The notes under the pieces are model-generated. The model searched no databases and was not told the DNA's origin. It was given only the letters and a program-made list of their open reading frames with translations. A DNA stretch of 64,000 nucleotides, taken from positions 160,001 to 224,000 of the forward strand of contig CAXWPL010000003.1 in NCBI GenBank assembly GCA_963666215.2. The letters run 5' to 3'. Position 1 is the first letter of the stretch, and the number at the start of each line of letters is the position of its first letter. Below are positions 18,908 through 32,442 of this stretch, in pieces. Position numbers and translations under genes: made by a program. This stretch comes from Acidobacteriota bacterium. GTDB taxonomy: Bacteria > Acidobacteriota > UBA890 > WLXD01.

Positions 18908-19861
18908 ATGAAGATCATCAGCGCCGACGAAGTCCATGCCGCGCTCGGCTATCCAGCTCTAGTTGATGCGTTGCAGGACACCTTCGCCAAGGAGTTCAAT
19001 CAGCCGCCGCGCCAGGTCTTCATGCTCGACGACAACCCCGACAACACCGACGCCTTTGCGTTGCTGCCGGCTTGGAACGACAAGATCATCGCCGTCAAGG
19101 CGTTCACCTACTACCCGAGCAACTCGCCGCCGCACGATCTTCTGTACTCCAAGGTCATGATCTTTGACCGGCCGCACGGCGAGCCGCTGGCGCTGGTCGA
19201 CGGCACCACATGCACCTTCTGGCGCACGGGCGGGGTTTCGGGCCTGGCAACGCGTCTGCTGAGTCGCGAAGACTCTTCCACGATGTTGCTCCTCGGCACC
19301 GGCAACCTGTCCACCTACATGATCCGCGCCAACGCCTCGGTGCGCCCGCTCCAGAAGATCATGGTGTGGGGAAATCCCGATGGGCTGCCGCCGGTGGCCG
19401 ACGCCCAAGCAGTGATCGATCAGGTATCCGCCGAGCTACCGAACGTCGAATTTTCGGTCACTTCCGACCTCGAGGCTGCATGCGGCGAAGCCGACATCAT
19501 CGTCAGCGCCACCGCGTCGCCCGACATCCTAGTGCGCGGCGCCTGGCTCAAGGCGGGCACGCATCTCGACTTCATCGGCAATCACCACGCCGACAAGCGG
19601 GAGTGCGACACCGAGGTCATCACGCGAGGCAAGGTCTACGCCGACAGCTACGTCAACGCTTTCAAGGAGGCCGGCGAGATCCTCGTACCCATCGAGGAGG
19701 GCGTCTTCACGAAAGACGACGTCGTGGGCGAGCTCTCCGAAATGTGCTCGGGCAAGGTGCCGCTACGAACCAACGACCAGGAGATCACCGTGTTCAAGGC
19801 GATCGGCCAGGCGGTGACGGACCTTGTAGCAGCGAGCCTCGCCTACTCGGCGTCCGAGTGA
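18908..19861 (+). CDS. lhpI: Ornithine cyclodeaminase/mu-crystallin family protein, likely Delta1-pyrroline-2-carboxylate reductase
   Basis: DAFALLPAWN, KAFTYYP, TFWRT, GTGNLS, GNHHADKRECD, EITVFKAIG..DL motifs as in LhpI-type enzymes. Confidence 0.75.
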   Translation: MKIISADEVHAALGYPALVDALQDTFAKEFNQPPRQVFMLDDNPDNTDAFALLPAWNDKIIAVKAFTYYPSNSPPHDLLYSKVMIFDRPHGEPLALVDGTTCTFWRTGGVSGLATRLLSREDSSTMLLLGTGNLSTYMIRANASVRPLQKIMVWGNPDGLPPVADAQAVIDQVSAELPNVEFSVTSDLEAACGEADIIVSATASPDILVRGAWLKAGTHLDFIGNHHADKRECDTEVITRGKVYADSYVNAFKEAGEILVPIEEGVFTKDDVVGELSEMCSGKVPLRTNDQEITVFKAIGQAVTDLVAASLAYSASE

Positions 19862-19879
19862 GAGTGCGCGACTAGGCCG

Positions 19880-20794
19880 CTAGGCCGGTACCAGCTCTTT
19901 CGGACGAGTCGCCACACAGTTGCGGACGATTCCTAGCACGCGCTCGCGTTCCTCTCCCACCAGCGACAGGCGTGGCGGACGCGTCCGCTCGTGCCCGAAG
20001 CCGAGCTCCTGCACGGTGAGCTTGATGTACTGCACCAGCTTCGGGTGCGAATCGAACACGAGCATGGGCATGTACCAGCGGTAGATCTCCAGGGCTCGGG
20101 CGTAATCACCCGAGGTAGCCGCGTCCCAGAGCATGCGATTCTCGCGAGGGAACGCGTCGACAAGGCCGGAAATCCAGCCCGTACAACCGAGCATGATGCT
20201 CTCGAGCGCCACGTCGTCAAGACCAGCAAAAATCGGGAAGCGGTCGCCGAGCGTGTTGAAGAGCTCGGTGACCCTGCGGACATCGCCGGAGGCTTCCTTG
20301 ATGCAGACGATGTTGTCGACGTCCATCAGCTGCTTGAACATCTGGGGCGTGATGTCCACCCGGTACACGGGCGGATTGTTGTAGCACATGATCGGCAGCG
20401 TAGTTGATGTCGCCACGGTGCGGTAATGAGCGATGGTCTCGCGGGCATCGGCGTTGTAGACCATCGCCGGCAGCAGCATGATGCCGTCGATGCCGGCGTC
20501 CTTGCCGGCGGCCACGGTGTTACAGGCGCCCTGCGTGGTGTACTCGGCCACGCCGCTGAGCACGGGCACATGGCCACCGGCCACTTCCACAGCGGCGCGC
20601 AGCACCTCCACCTTTTCGTCCAGGCTGAGGGACGTGTTCTCTCCAATAGTCCCGAGCATCACGAGCCCATGGATGCCGTCGTCCAGCAGCACCTGGATGT
20701 GGCGCTTGGTGGCCTCGATGTCCAAGGAAAGGTCTTCCTTGAACTGCGTCGGCACTGCAGGGAAGACACCGCCCCAATCGACTTCTAACGGCAT
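19880..20794 (-). CDS. DapA-family protein, likely Delta1-pyrroline-4-hydroxy-2-carboxylate deaminase (LhpC/HypD type)
   Basis: WGGVFPAVPTQF, MLGTIGEN, YNNP, IKEASGD, GWISGLVDAFP, PKLVQYIKL; adjacent to lhpI-like gene. Confidence 0.75.
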   Translation of the reverse strand: MPLEVDWGGVFPAVPTQFKEDLSLDIEATKRHIQVLLDDGIHGLVMLGTIGENTSLSLDEKVEVLRAAVEVAGGHVPVLSGVAEYTTQGACNTVAAGKDAGIDGIMLLPAMVYNADARETIAHYRTVATSTTLPIMCYNNPPVYRVDITPQMFKQLMDVDNIVCIKEASGDVRRVTELFNTLGDRFPIFAGLDDVALESIMLGCTGWISGLVDAFPRENRMLWDAATSGDYARALEIYRWYMPMLVFDSHPKLVQYIKLTVQELGFGHERTRPPRLSLVGEERERVLGIVRNCVATRPKELVPA

Positions 20795-20907
20795 AGTGAC
20801 CTCTTTCGCGATCCTGGTAGGCTTCAGATCTTGAAGCGTATTCGGTACCGTGCGACCCAACAAGCTGCCCGCTCTCGCCTCCCTTTTATGATCACAGGAC
20901 CGCTCCC

Positions 20908-21978
20908 ATGGCCAAGCCGGTTCGCATCGCCCTCTTGGGCAACTCGCACGCGGAATCCGTGCAGCTTCCGGCACTTGCGCACATCGGCGGCAACCAGGTC
21001 GTCGGGATCGCCGGCCACAACGCCGACAAGGCGGCGGCCACTGCGCACAGTTGGGGAATCGAGCGCTCCACCGGCGACTGGCGCGAGCTCCTGGATCTCG
21101 ATCCCGATCTGATCATCGTCGCCACGCCGGTCGACCTGCACTACGAGATGGTCCGCGCGGCGCTTTCGACGAACGCGGCGGTACTTTGCGAAAAGCCCTT
21201 TACGCTGAACGTCGAACAAGCAGAAGAGCTCACGTCGGGCGCAAAGGGGCGCTTGGCGCTCATCAACTACCAGATGCGCTGGAACCCGAATCGCCGCAAG
21301 ATGCGTGCTCTGTGTGGCGACGGATTCGTTGGAGAGGTGCTCCACGTCCGCGCCGACCTGCTGCGCGACACCGCTAATTTCAGGGAGCGACCCTATGGCT
21401 GGTGGTCCCAGGCTTCGCGCGGCGGCGGCGTGCTCGGAGCCACTGGCACACATCTCGTCGACAACATTCAGTGGATGTTCGGCCCGATTCAAGCCGTGAG
21501 CGCGCGCTTGGAGACCTTCGTGGCGCAGCGATTCGACGCTCAGGGGCTCGAGCACAAGGTGACGTCCGACGATTTCGCCGAGTTGTCGCTCCGTCTCGAG
21601 AGCGGCGCCCTCGTCACGTTGACCGTCAGCCTGGCGCTCCGCGGCGTGGCGCGCTGGTTGGTCGAGATTGCCGGCACCGAGGGTGCGCTTCGTTTGGACC
21701 GCGAACAGCACCTGACGGGCGCGCCTCACGGAACCGCGATGACGGCGATCGACAGCGGAATGCCTTGGATCCCTCCCGAGGAGTACGGAGTCGTGGGTCG
21801 CGGCCCGTTCGCGGCGCTCGAGGTCGCGCACCTGGCGGCGATCGTCGAGGCGGTGTCGCGCGGAGAAACGGAGCTCGAGGAAGCGGCGACGTTTGCCGAC
21901 GGCTTGGCCAACGTGCGCGTCCTCGAGGCCGCACGCGCGTCCTCGGCCGATGGCGGAGGGTGGGTCGCTTGTAGCTAG
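20908..21978 (+). CDS. Gfo/Idh/MocA family oxidoreductase
   Basis: IIVATPVDLHYE, LCEKP, GGGVLGATGTHLVD motifs. Confidence 0.88.
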   Translation: MAKPVRIALLGNSHAESVQLPALAHIGGNQVVGIAGHNADKAAATAHSWGIERSTGDWRELLDLDPDLIIVATPVDLHYEMVRAALSTNAAVLCEKPFTLNVEQAEELTSGAKGRLALINYQMRWNPNRRKMRALCGDGFVGEVLHVRADLLRDTANFRERPYGWWSQASRGGGVLGATGTHLVDNIQWMFGPIQAVSARLETFVAQRFDAQGLEHKVTSDDFAELSLRLESGALVTLTVSLALRGVARWLVEIAGTEGALRLDREQHLTGAPHGTAMTAIDSGMPWIPPEEYGVVGRGPFAALEVAHLAAIVEAVSRGETELEEAATFADGLANVRVLEAARASSADGGGWVACS

Positions 21979-22079
21979 GGGGTCGCTGAGGTCGCCCGGG
22001 GGGCCCTGTGAAGGGGCATGGTGGAACCGAACCCTACGTGTAGGCCCTGTTCCGGGCAGATACCCGTTAGGATGCGGCC

Positions 22080-24299
22080 ATGCTCCGCAACGCCTCCCCT
22101 CGCCACTGGCTGGCACACCTGTCACTCGCCTGCGTTGTGCTGGCTGGGATCCCGACAGCGATCGGCGCCCTTGTAGCCAATGCAAGGCAAGAGCGAGAAG
22201 GCGTTCTGATCGAGCACATCGCTCACGCCGCGTTCCGCATCACGTCGGCAAGCGGATCCTCCGTCCTGGTCGACCCGTACGCCTCGCGCACATGGATCGG
22301 CTACGACTTTCCGGCCGGTCCAGTCGACGACGACGCGGTGCTCATCACGCATCCGCACTACGACCATGATGCGGGGATCTACCGCGGGATGGATCCTCCG
22401 TGGGACGACGCGATGCCGGTCCACCGCGAACCCGGCTACTACGAGGTGGGCGACATTCGTGTGCTGGGCGTACAGGGCAAGCACGCCGACCCCTACGGCA
22501 CGGAGTTCGGCCAGATCAACACGATCTGGCGCATCGAGGTCGATGGCGTAGCGATCGTACATGTGGGCGACAACGGCCCCATCGACGACGCCATCGCGAC
22601 GCAGCTCGGAGAGGTCGATCTGCTGCTGCTGCCGATCGACGATCAGTTCCACATCCTCAGCCAGTTCGAGATCGAGGACGTTCTGCGGCGCCTGGATCCG
22701 AGCCTGTTGATCTCAATGCACTACCGCGAAAACGCGCTCGAGCCAGCTGCCGACGAGCCAGAAGCTCTCGGCGCGATCGAGGACTGGTTACGGCTGCATG
22801 GCTCGCCGACTCCGGTTCGACGCGCAAATGGCCACGCGGTGCGCCTGACGGCCAACGATCTGCCTGGCGAGCGCGAGATCTTGGTGTTCGGGGTGTCTCC
22901 CGACGTGCCACCTCCCGCCCCGAGCTTGATCGTCCGCAACGTCACGGTGATCGATCCGGCTACCGGCGAGCGGCCGGGCATGAGTGTGGCGATCGCCGGC
23001 GACACGATCGTTCAGGTAGCCGACGACGAGATCCCCTCCGACACTACGACCGTGGTTGTGGATGGCACGGGAAAGTACCTGCTGCCAGGGCTGTGGGACG
23101 CCCACGTGCACTTCGCCTACGACCCCGAGATCGCGCCGGCGATGTTCAACCTGTTCCTGGCGAACGGCATCACCAGCGTGCGCGATACCGGCGGTCAGCT
23201 CGAAACGGTGCTGCCGTGGCGCGATCACGCGCGCTCCGGCGAGTTGCCGGCGCCACGGGTGTTCGTCGCCGGCCCGCTGATTGACGGCGACCCGCGGGTG
23301 TATGACGGCCGCGCCGGCCGACCCGACCTCGGAACTCCTATCGGCTCGCCCGCCGACGCCCGACAGAAGGTCGACGAGCTCGTTGCCGCGGGTGTCGATC
23401 TCATCAAGGCCTACGAGCTTCTCTCGCCCGCAACCTTCGACGCCGTGGTGACTCGCGCCGCAGAGCTCGGGCGCCCCGTCACCGGGCACGCGCCGCTGAG
23501 CATGGACGCCAGCGACGCCTCCGTGGGCATGAGCAGCATGGAGCATCTCCGCAACCTCGAGCTGGCCTGCTCGAGCGAGGCCAGCGCCATGCTGGCCGAG
23601 AGGCGCGACCTGATGGCGGCCGGTTGGGAGAGCGGCGGCAGCCTCCGCGGCTCGATCCATGCGGCGCGGAGGCCACGAGCGGTCGACACCCAGGACGAAG
23701 CTCGCTGCAACCGGCTCGTCGCGACCCTGAAGGCCAACGGCACCTAGCAGGTGCCCACGCTGACGATCGTGATGCCGCGCGTGACTCGCCTGCACGCGCG
23801 ACCCGAATGGCGTGCCAACTTCAGCTACTTGCCCGAGCCGGTTCGCGTCCGCTGGCTGCAGCGCGCCGAGGCGCTGACCAGCAGCACGCCCGACGCCGCG
23901 GCAATCGCCCACGCCGACTGGGCGCGTGCAATGGTGCTGCGACTCAGCCGGGCGAACGTTCCGATCATGGCGGGCACCGATACGCCGATCTCGCTTCTGA
24001 CTCCGGGCTTCAGCCTCCACGAGGAGCTCGCACTCCTGGTGGAGGCGGGGCTCACGCCGCTGCAGGCTATCGAAGCCGCGACTTTGACGCCGGCGCGGTT
24101 CTTCGGCCTCGAGAACATCATGGGGACGATCGCCGCCGGCAAGCAAGCCGACCTCGTCCTGCTCACGGCAAACCCGCTCGACAACATCCGCGCCACCGCG
24201 AGCATCGATGCCGTGGTGCGCGCCGGCCACCTCTTCGACCGCGCCACGCTCGACGAGCTGCTGCGAGCCGCTCCCGAATCCGATGGACGAGCGCACTAG
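22080..24299 (+). CDS. Secreted MBL-fold metallohydrolase + amidohydrolase fusion, interrupted by an in-frame TAG at 23745-23747
   Basis: Signal peptide; ITHPHYDHD and HVGD (MBL fold); PGLWDAHVH, IKAY, GHAP, EHL, AGTD (amidohydrolase); same frame resumes after NGT*QVPTL. Confidence 0.75.
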
Positions 24300-24444
24300 G
24301 GCCGCCCCATAGCGATCCTCGAGATCACCCTTCGGCCCCCCTCCCCCACGTATCCAGGAGCGGGCTGAAGACCGGACGCGCTACTGGCTTCCTACGTCGC
24401 GTTGCCGACCTACTGGGTTGGCGGCCTCCTGTTACGATTTTCGA

Positions 24445-28674
<4,230 letters not shown>

Positions 28675-28734
28675 GTCGGCCGGCGATCCTCCGCTGAGCA
28701 ACAACCGTCGAGTCTCCCTCCGGCGAGACCGCCG

Positions 28735-29181
28735 TCAGGTGCGCCAGGCCTCGTCAATCGTGAGGATGCGTGCCTCTTCGTCGTCCGGGTGGTAGTCGAC
28801 CTCGACCATGATCGAGCTGCCGAGGTCCCATCCCGCCTCTTCGAGCCGCTCCCCCCACTCCACCGCGACCACGACGTCGCTGGCGTAGAGATCCTCCAGG
28901 CCGAGGTCCGTGAGGTCGGCCACCGCCACACGGAAGAGGTCGACGTGGTACAGGGTCATGCGCCCGGGGTGTTCGTTGATGAGCGCATAGGACGGACTGC
29001 TGATGGCCTTGGGGTCGATACCGAGGCCGGAGGCGAAACCGCGCACGAACTGGGTCTTGCCGGCGCCGAGCGGCCCGAACAGCAGCAGCACCTCGCCGCC
29101 GCGCATGCGACGACCGAGAGACTCGCCGATCTGTTCTGTTTCTTCGACCGACTTCGAGAGGTAGTCGCGAGTGCGATTCAT
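28735..29181 (-). CDS. tsaE: t6A biosynthesis ATPase TsaE
   Basis: GPLGAGKT, SSPSY, HVDLFR, VEWGE; coupled to nnr. Confidence 0.95.
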   Translation of the reverse strand: MNRTRDYLSKSVEETEQIGESLGRRMRGGEVLLLFGPLGAGKTQFVRGFASGLGIDPKAISSPSYALINEHPGRMTLYHVDLFRVAVADLTDLGLEDLYASDVVVAVEWGERLEEAGWDLGSSIMVEVDYHPDDEEARILTIDEAWRT

Positions 29182-30923
29182 GAGGCCTGCTCACGCAGCC
29201 AAGCGAGTGCGTTGGGGAGCTCGTCGATCAGATCTTGTGCCACCAGCGCTGTTTCGCCTACTCGCGCAGCCGCGAGGTCGCCGCATCGGCCGTGGAGAAA
29301 CGCTCCAGCTCGGGCGGCATCGGCCGGTTCGATTCCTTGAACGATCATCGCCGCGAGCATGCCGGTCAAGACGTCTCCTGAGCCGCCGGTTGCCATGCCG
29401 GGGTTGCCGGTGGGGTTGAGAGTTGGCGATTCGGCGGCTTCGGCTTCCGCTTCGGGTGTGGCCACCAGCGTGCCCGAGCCCTTGAGCAGCACGATCGCAG
29501 CGGAGAGCTCGGCGGCACGGCGCACGGCGCCCACACGATCGGCCTGGATCTCGGCAGCTGAAACCCCGAGCAATCGGCCCAGCTCGCCCGGATGTGGCGT
29601 CAGCAACAGAGGCGCGGACGGCTGGCGGGAGTGCCGTAGATCGCAAATTCGATGCAACGAGCCTGCGAAGATGTTGAGAGCGTCGGCGTCGAGTACCACG
29701 GGCTTGGCGACGTGCTCGATCAATGCGCACACCAGCGCTCCCACGTCGGGGGACGACCCGAGGCCCGGTCCAACGGCAACAACATCCGCGCGCGCGGCGA
29801 GCTGCAGGAGCTGATCGAACGCGGGGTGCTGGTCGCTTGCCGCGACGGAGGCTTCGGGGGTGATCTCGCCAGCGGATCCTCGGGCTCGAGCGCCTCGGCT
29901 GCCTGAACTGTCGGAACGGGCGGTGAAGGCCGCCGCTACGGCCAGTGGGACGACGAGCGCCTCCACCAGTTGCGAGGCCACCGCAGCGTGAACCTGCTCG
30001 TCACATGCGACAGTCACCAAACCGGCCCCGGTTCTGAGGGCCGCGCGTCCGGCAAGCACGGCGGCGCCCGCCATGCCAACGGAGCCAGCCACAATCAGCA
30101 CGCGGCCGTAGTCGCCCTTGTGACCAACGCTAGCGCGGGACGCAATGAGATTGGTGGCCAATGCCGCGGCGTCGGCGGGGGTCATCAGCCGCAGGATGGC
30201 GGGCGCGGCCTCGAGCAGCTGCCGCGGAATGCCGATGTCGACGACGACTACCTCGCCGCACTGATCGGCCGCTGGCGAAACGACGTGACACACCTTCGGC
30301 GCGGCAAACGTCACCGTCACATCGGCATCAACAACTGGGCCGGGAAGATGCCCGCTGTCGGCCAAAAGCCCGCTTGGCAGGTCCACCGAGATCACCAACA
30401 CACCCGCCGCATGTGCGGCGTTGATCGAGCCCGATCCGCAGTCGGCGCTGGAGCCGATTCCATGGATCGCCTCAGCAATCGCCCCGCGCGCCGGGCCCGT
30501 TGCTCCTGTGCCCAGCAACGCATCCACGATGCAGTCGTGCCCCGACAAATCGGGCAGGCGGGACGAATCGCCCCCGGGCTCACTCGCCTGAGCCTCGACG
30601 ATGTGCACGCCCATGCCGGCGGCGATGCGAAGATTGAGCGCGGCATCTCCACGAAGCTCGTCGGCGCCGGCAAACAGATACACCACAACGTCGGAGCCGA
30701 GGTTGTGAAGGTGGCGCGCCACCACCAGCCCGTCGCCACCGTTGTTGCCCTTGCCACACAGCACCGCGACCGAGGCGGGTAGATCGCCGTCGAAGTGCTC
30801 GGCGATCGAATCGAGCACATGCACGCCGGCGTTCTCCATCAGGAGGGCACCGGGAATGCTGTATTCTTCGATCGCCGCAGCATCGCAGCGCTGCATCTGC
30901 TGCGCGCTCAGCACCTTGATCAT
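29178..30923 (-). CDS. nnr: Bifunctional NAD(P)H-hydrate epimerase/dehydratase
   Basis: LMENAG, GKGNNGGDG, HKGDYG, LDADAL, TPHPGE, MATGGSGDVL. Confidence 0.95.
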   Translation of the reverse strand: MIKVLSAQQMQRCDAAAIEEYSIPGALLMENAGVHVLDSIAEHFDGDLPASVAVLCGKGNNGGDGLVVARHLHNLGSDVVVYLFAGADELRGDAALNLRIAAGMGVHIVEAQASEPGGDSSRLPDLSGHDCIVDALLGTGATGPARGAIAEAIHGIGSSADCGSGSINAAHAAGVLVISVDLPSGLLADSGHLPGPVVDADVTVTFAAPKVCHVVSPAADQCGEVVVVDIGIPRQLLEAAPAILRLMTPADAAALATNLIASRASVGHKGDYGRVLIVAGSVGMAGAAVLAGRAALRTGAGLVTVACDEQVHAAVASQLVEALVVPLAVAAAFTARSDSSGSRGARARGSAGEITPEASVAASDQHPAFDQLLQLAARADVVAVGPGLGSSPDVGALVCALIEHVAKPVVLDADALNIFAGSLHRICDLRHSRQPSAPLLLTPHPGELGRLLGVSAAEIQADRVGAVRRAAELSAAIVLLKGSGTLVATPEAEAEAAESPTLNPTGNPGMATGGSGDVLTGMLAAMIVQGIEPADAARAGAFLHGRCGDLAAARVGETALVAQDLIDELPNALAWLREQAS

Positions 30924-30940
30924 CACCGGATTATAAGGCC
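30924..30940. promoter_or_regulatory. Putative bidirectional -10 element for leaderless nnr and aroC
   Basis: 17-bp gap CACCGGATTATAAGGCC; TATAAT at -12..-7 of the nnr ATG; GATTAT at -12..-7 of the aroC ATG. Confidence 0.6.
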
Positions 30941-32182
30941 ATGCCCCTGCGTTGTTTGCGCTTTTCGAGCGCCGGCGAGTCCCACGGCCCCATGCTGATC
31001 GGCCTCCTCGACGGCCTCCCCGCGGGCCTGCCACTCGACCTGGCGGCGATCGATGCGGAGCTGGCGCGCCGCATGAAGGGCTACGGTCGCGGCAAGCGCA
31101 TGAAGATCGAGGCCGACGCGGCCCGCATTGTAGGTGGCGTGCGGCTGGGCGAGACGCTCGGAAGCCCGGTAGCGTGGCTCATCGAGAACCGCGATTGGCC
31201 CAACTGGCAGGAGGTGATGTCCGCCGGCACGATCGGTTCGGGTGGTGTGGCCGAAAGCGGCAATTCGATGTCCGCCGACGAGCAGATCGACAGGCGGCGT
31301 ATCAGTCGTCCGCGGCCGGGGCACGCCGACCTTGCCGGCGGTCTCAAGTACGATCGCGGCGACCTGCGCGACATTCTCGAGCGCGCCAGCGCCCGCGAGA
31401 CCGCCTCGAGGGTGGCGGCAGGAGCCATTTGTCGGCAGCTGCTCGAGAAGTTTGGCGTGGCGATCACCAGCCACGTCCGTCGCATCGGATCGGCGGCACT
31501 CGACGACGATCGCACGCTCAGCTTCGAGGACATCACGGCCGCCGTCGACGCGTCGCTGGTGCGTTGTGCCGACTCGCAGCTCGAAACCGCGATGATCGCG
31601 GCCATCGACGTCGCAACCAACACCTTGGAGACGCTCGGAGGCACGTTCGAGGTGGTGGCGCGAGGATTGTTGCCCGGGCTCGGAAGCCACGTGCAGTGGG
31701 ATCGCAAGCTCGAGGGACGCATCGCTCAGGCAATGCTGTCGATTCCGGCTCAGAAGGGCGTTGAAATTGGACGCGCCCGGTGGGCGGCGGCACGCCCCGG
31801 ATCCGAGGTCCACGACGAGATCCACGTGGACGAAGCAACGCCCGGCGGCTTCCGCCGCTCGAGTAACACCGCCGGCGGGATTGAGGGCGGTATCAGCAAC
31901 GGCGAGGAGTTGCGCGTGACCGTCGACATGAAACCCCTGTCGACGCTGCGTAAGCCCCTCGCTTCGGTCGACATCGACACGCGCGAGCCCATCGAAGCGG
32001 TCGTTCAGCGGTCCGACACTTGCGCGGTCCCGGCCGCGGCGCTCGTCGGCGAGGCCATGCTGGCCCTCACGCTCGCCGACGCCTACGTCGAGAAATTCGG
32101 CGGCGACAGCCTGCGCGAGATGCAGCGCAACGTCGACGGCTATCGCACCCAGCTGCAGGGATACCCTCCGCAAGCTCGATAG
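30941..32182 (+). CDS. aroC: Chorismate synthase
   Basis: AGESHG, PRPGHAD, ERASARET, GGIEGGISNG, MKPLST, RSD. Confidence 0.97.
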   Translation: MPLRCLRFSSAGESHGPMLIGLLDGLPAGLPLDLAAIDAELARRMKGYGRGKRMKIEADAARIVGGVRLGETLGSPVAWLIENRDWPNWQEVMSAGTIGSGGVAESGNSMSADEQIDRRRISRPRPGHADLAGGLKYDRGDLRDILERASARETASRVAAGAICRQLLEKFGVAITSHVRRIGSAALDDDRTLSFEDITAAVDASLVRCADSQLETAMIAAIDVATNTLETLGGTFEVVARGLLPGLGSHVQWDRKLEGRIAQAMLSIPAQKGVEIGRARWAAARPGSEVHDEIHVDEATPGGFRRSSNTAGGIEGGISNGEELRVTVDMKPLSTLRKPLASVDIDTREPIEAVVQRSDTCAVPAAALVGEAMLALTLADAYVEKFGGDSLREMQRNVDGYRTQLQGYPPQAR

Positions 32183-32442
32183 GCGATCGGGATGCGGAGG
32201 ATGGGGGTGCGTTTCAGACACGCGGAGGCGAGCCGGGGGGCATCTAGGCCGACTGACGCTTGACGCGTGGCCGCGACATCCAGGAGCTTGCGTGGGCAAT
32301 CGCCAACGAGCTGGCGACGACCGATCCGCCGATCCGCGAGAGCCGCTTCGATGCCCCTCGCCCCCCTCCGACATCCGCATGACAACACCGATGACTCAGG
32401 TCCCAGGAATGAGCTCGTGAACGACCCTTCTAGAGCTCGCAC

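Noticed and set aside
20821-20837. Palindrome GCTTCA-N5-TGAAGC between the dapA-like and Gfo genes
   Set aside because: 6-bp arms, single copy and no adjacent regulator; could be chance
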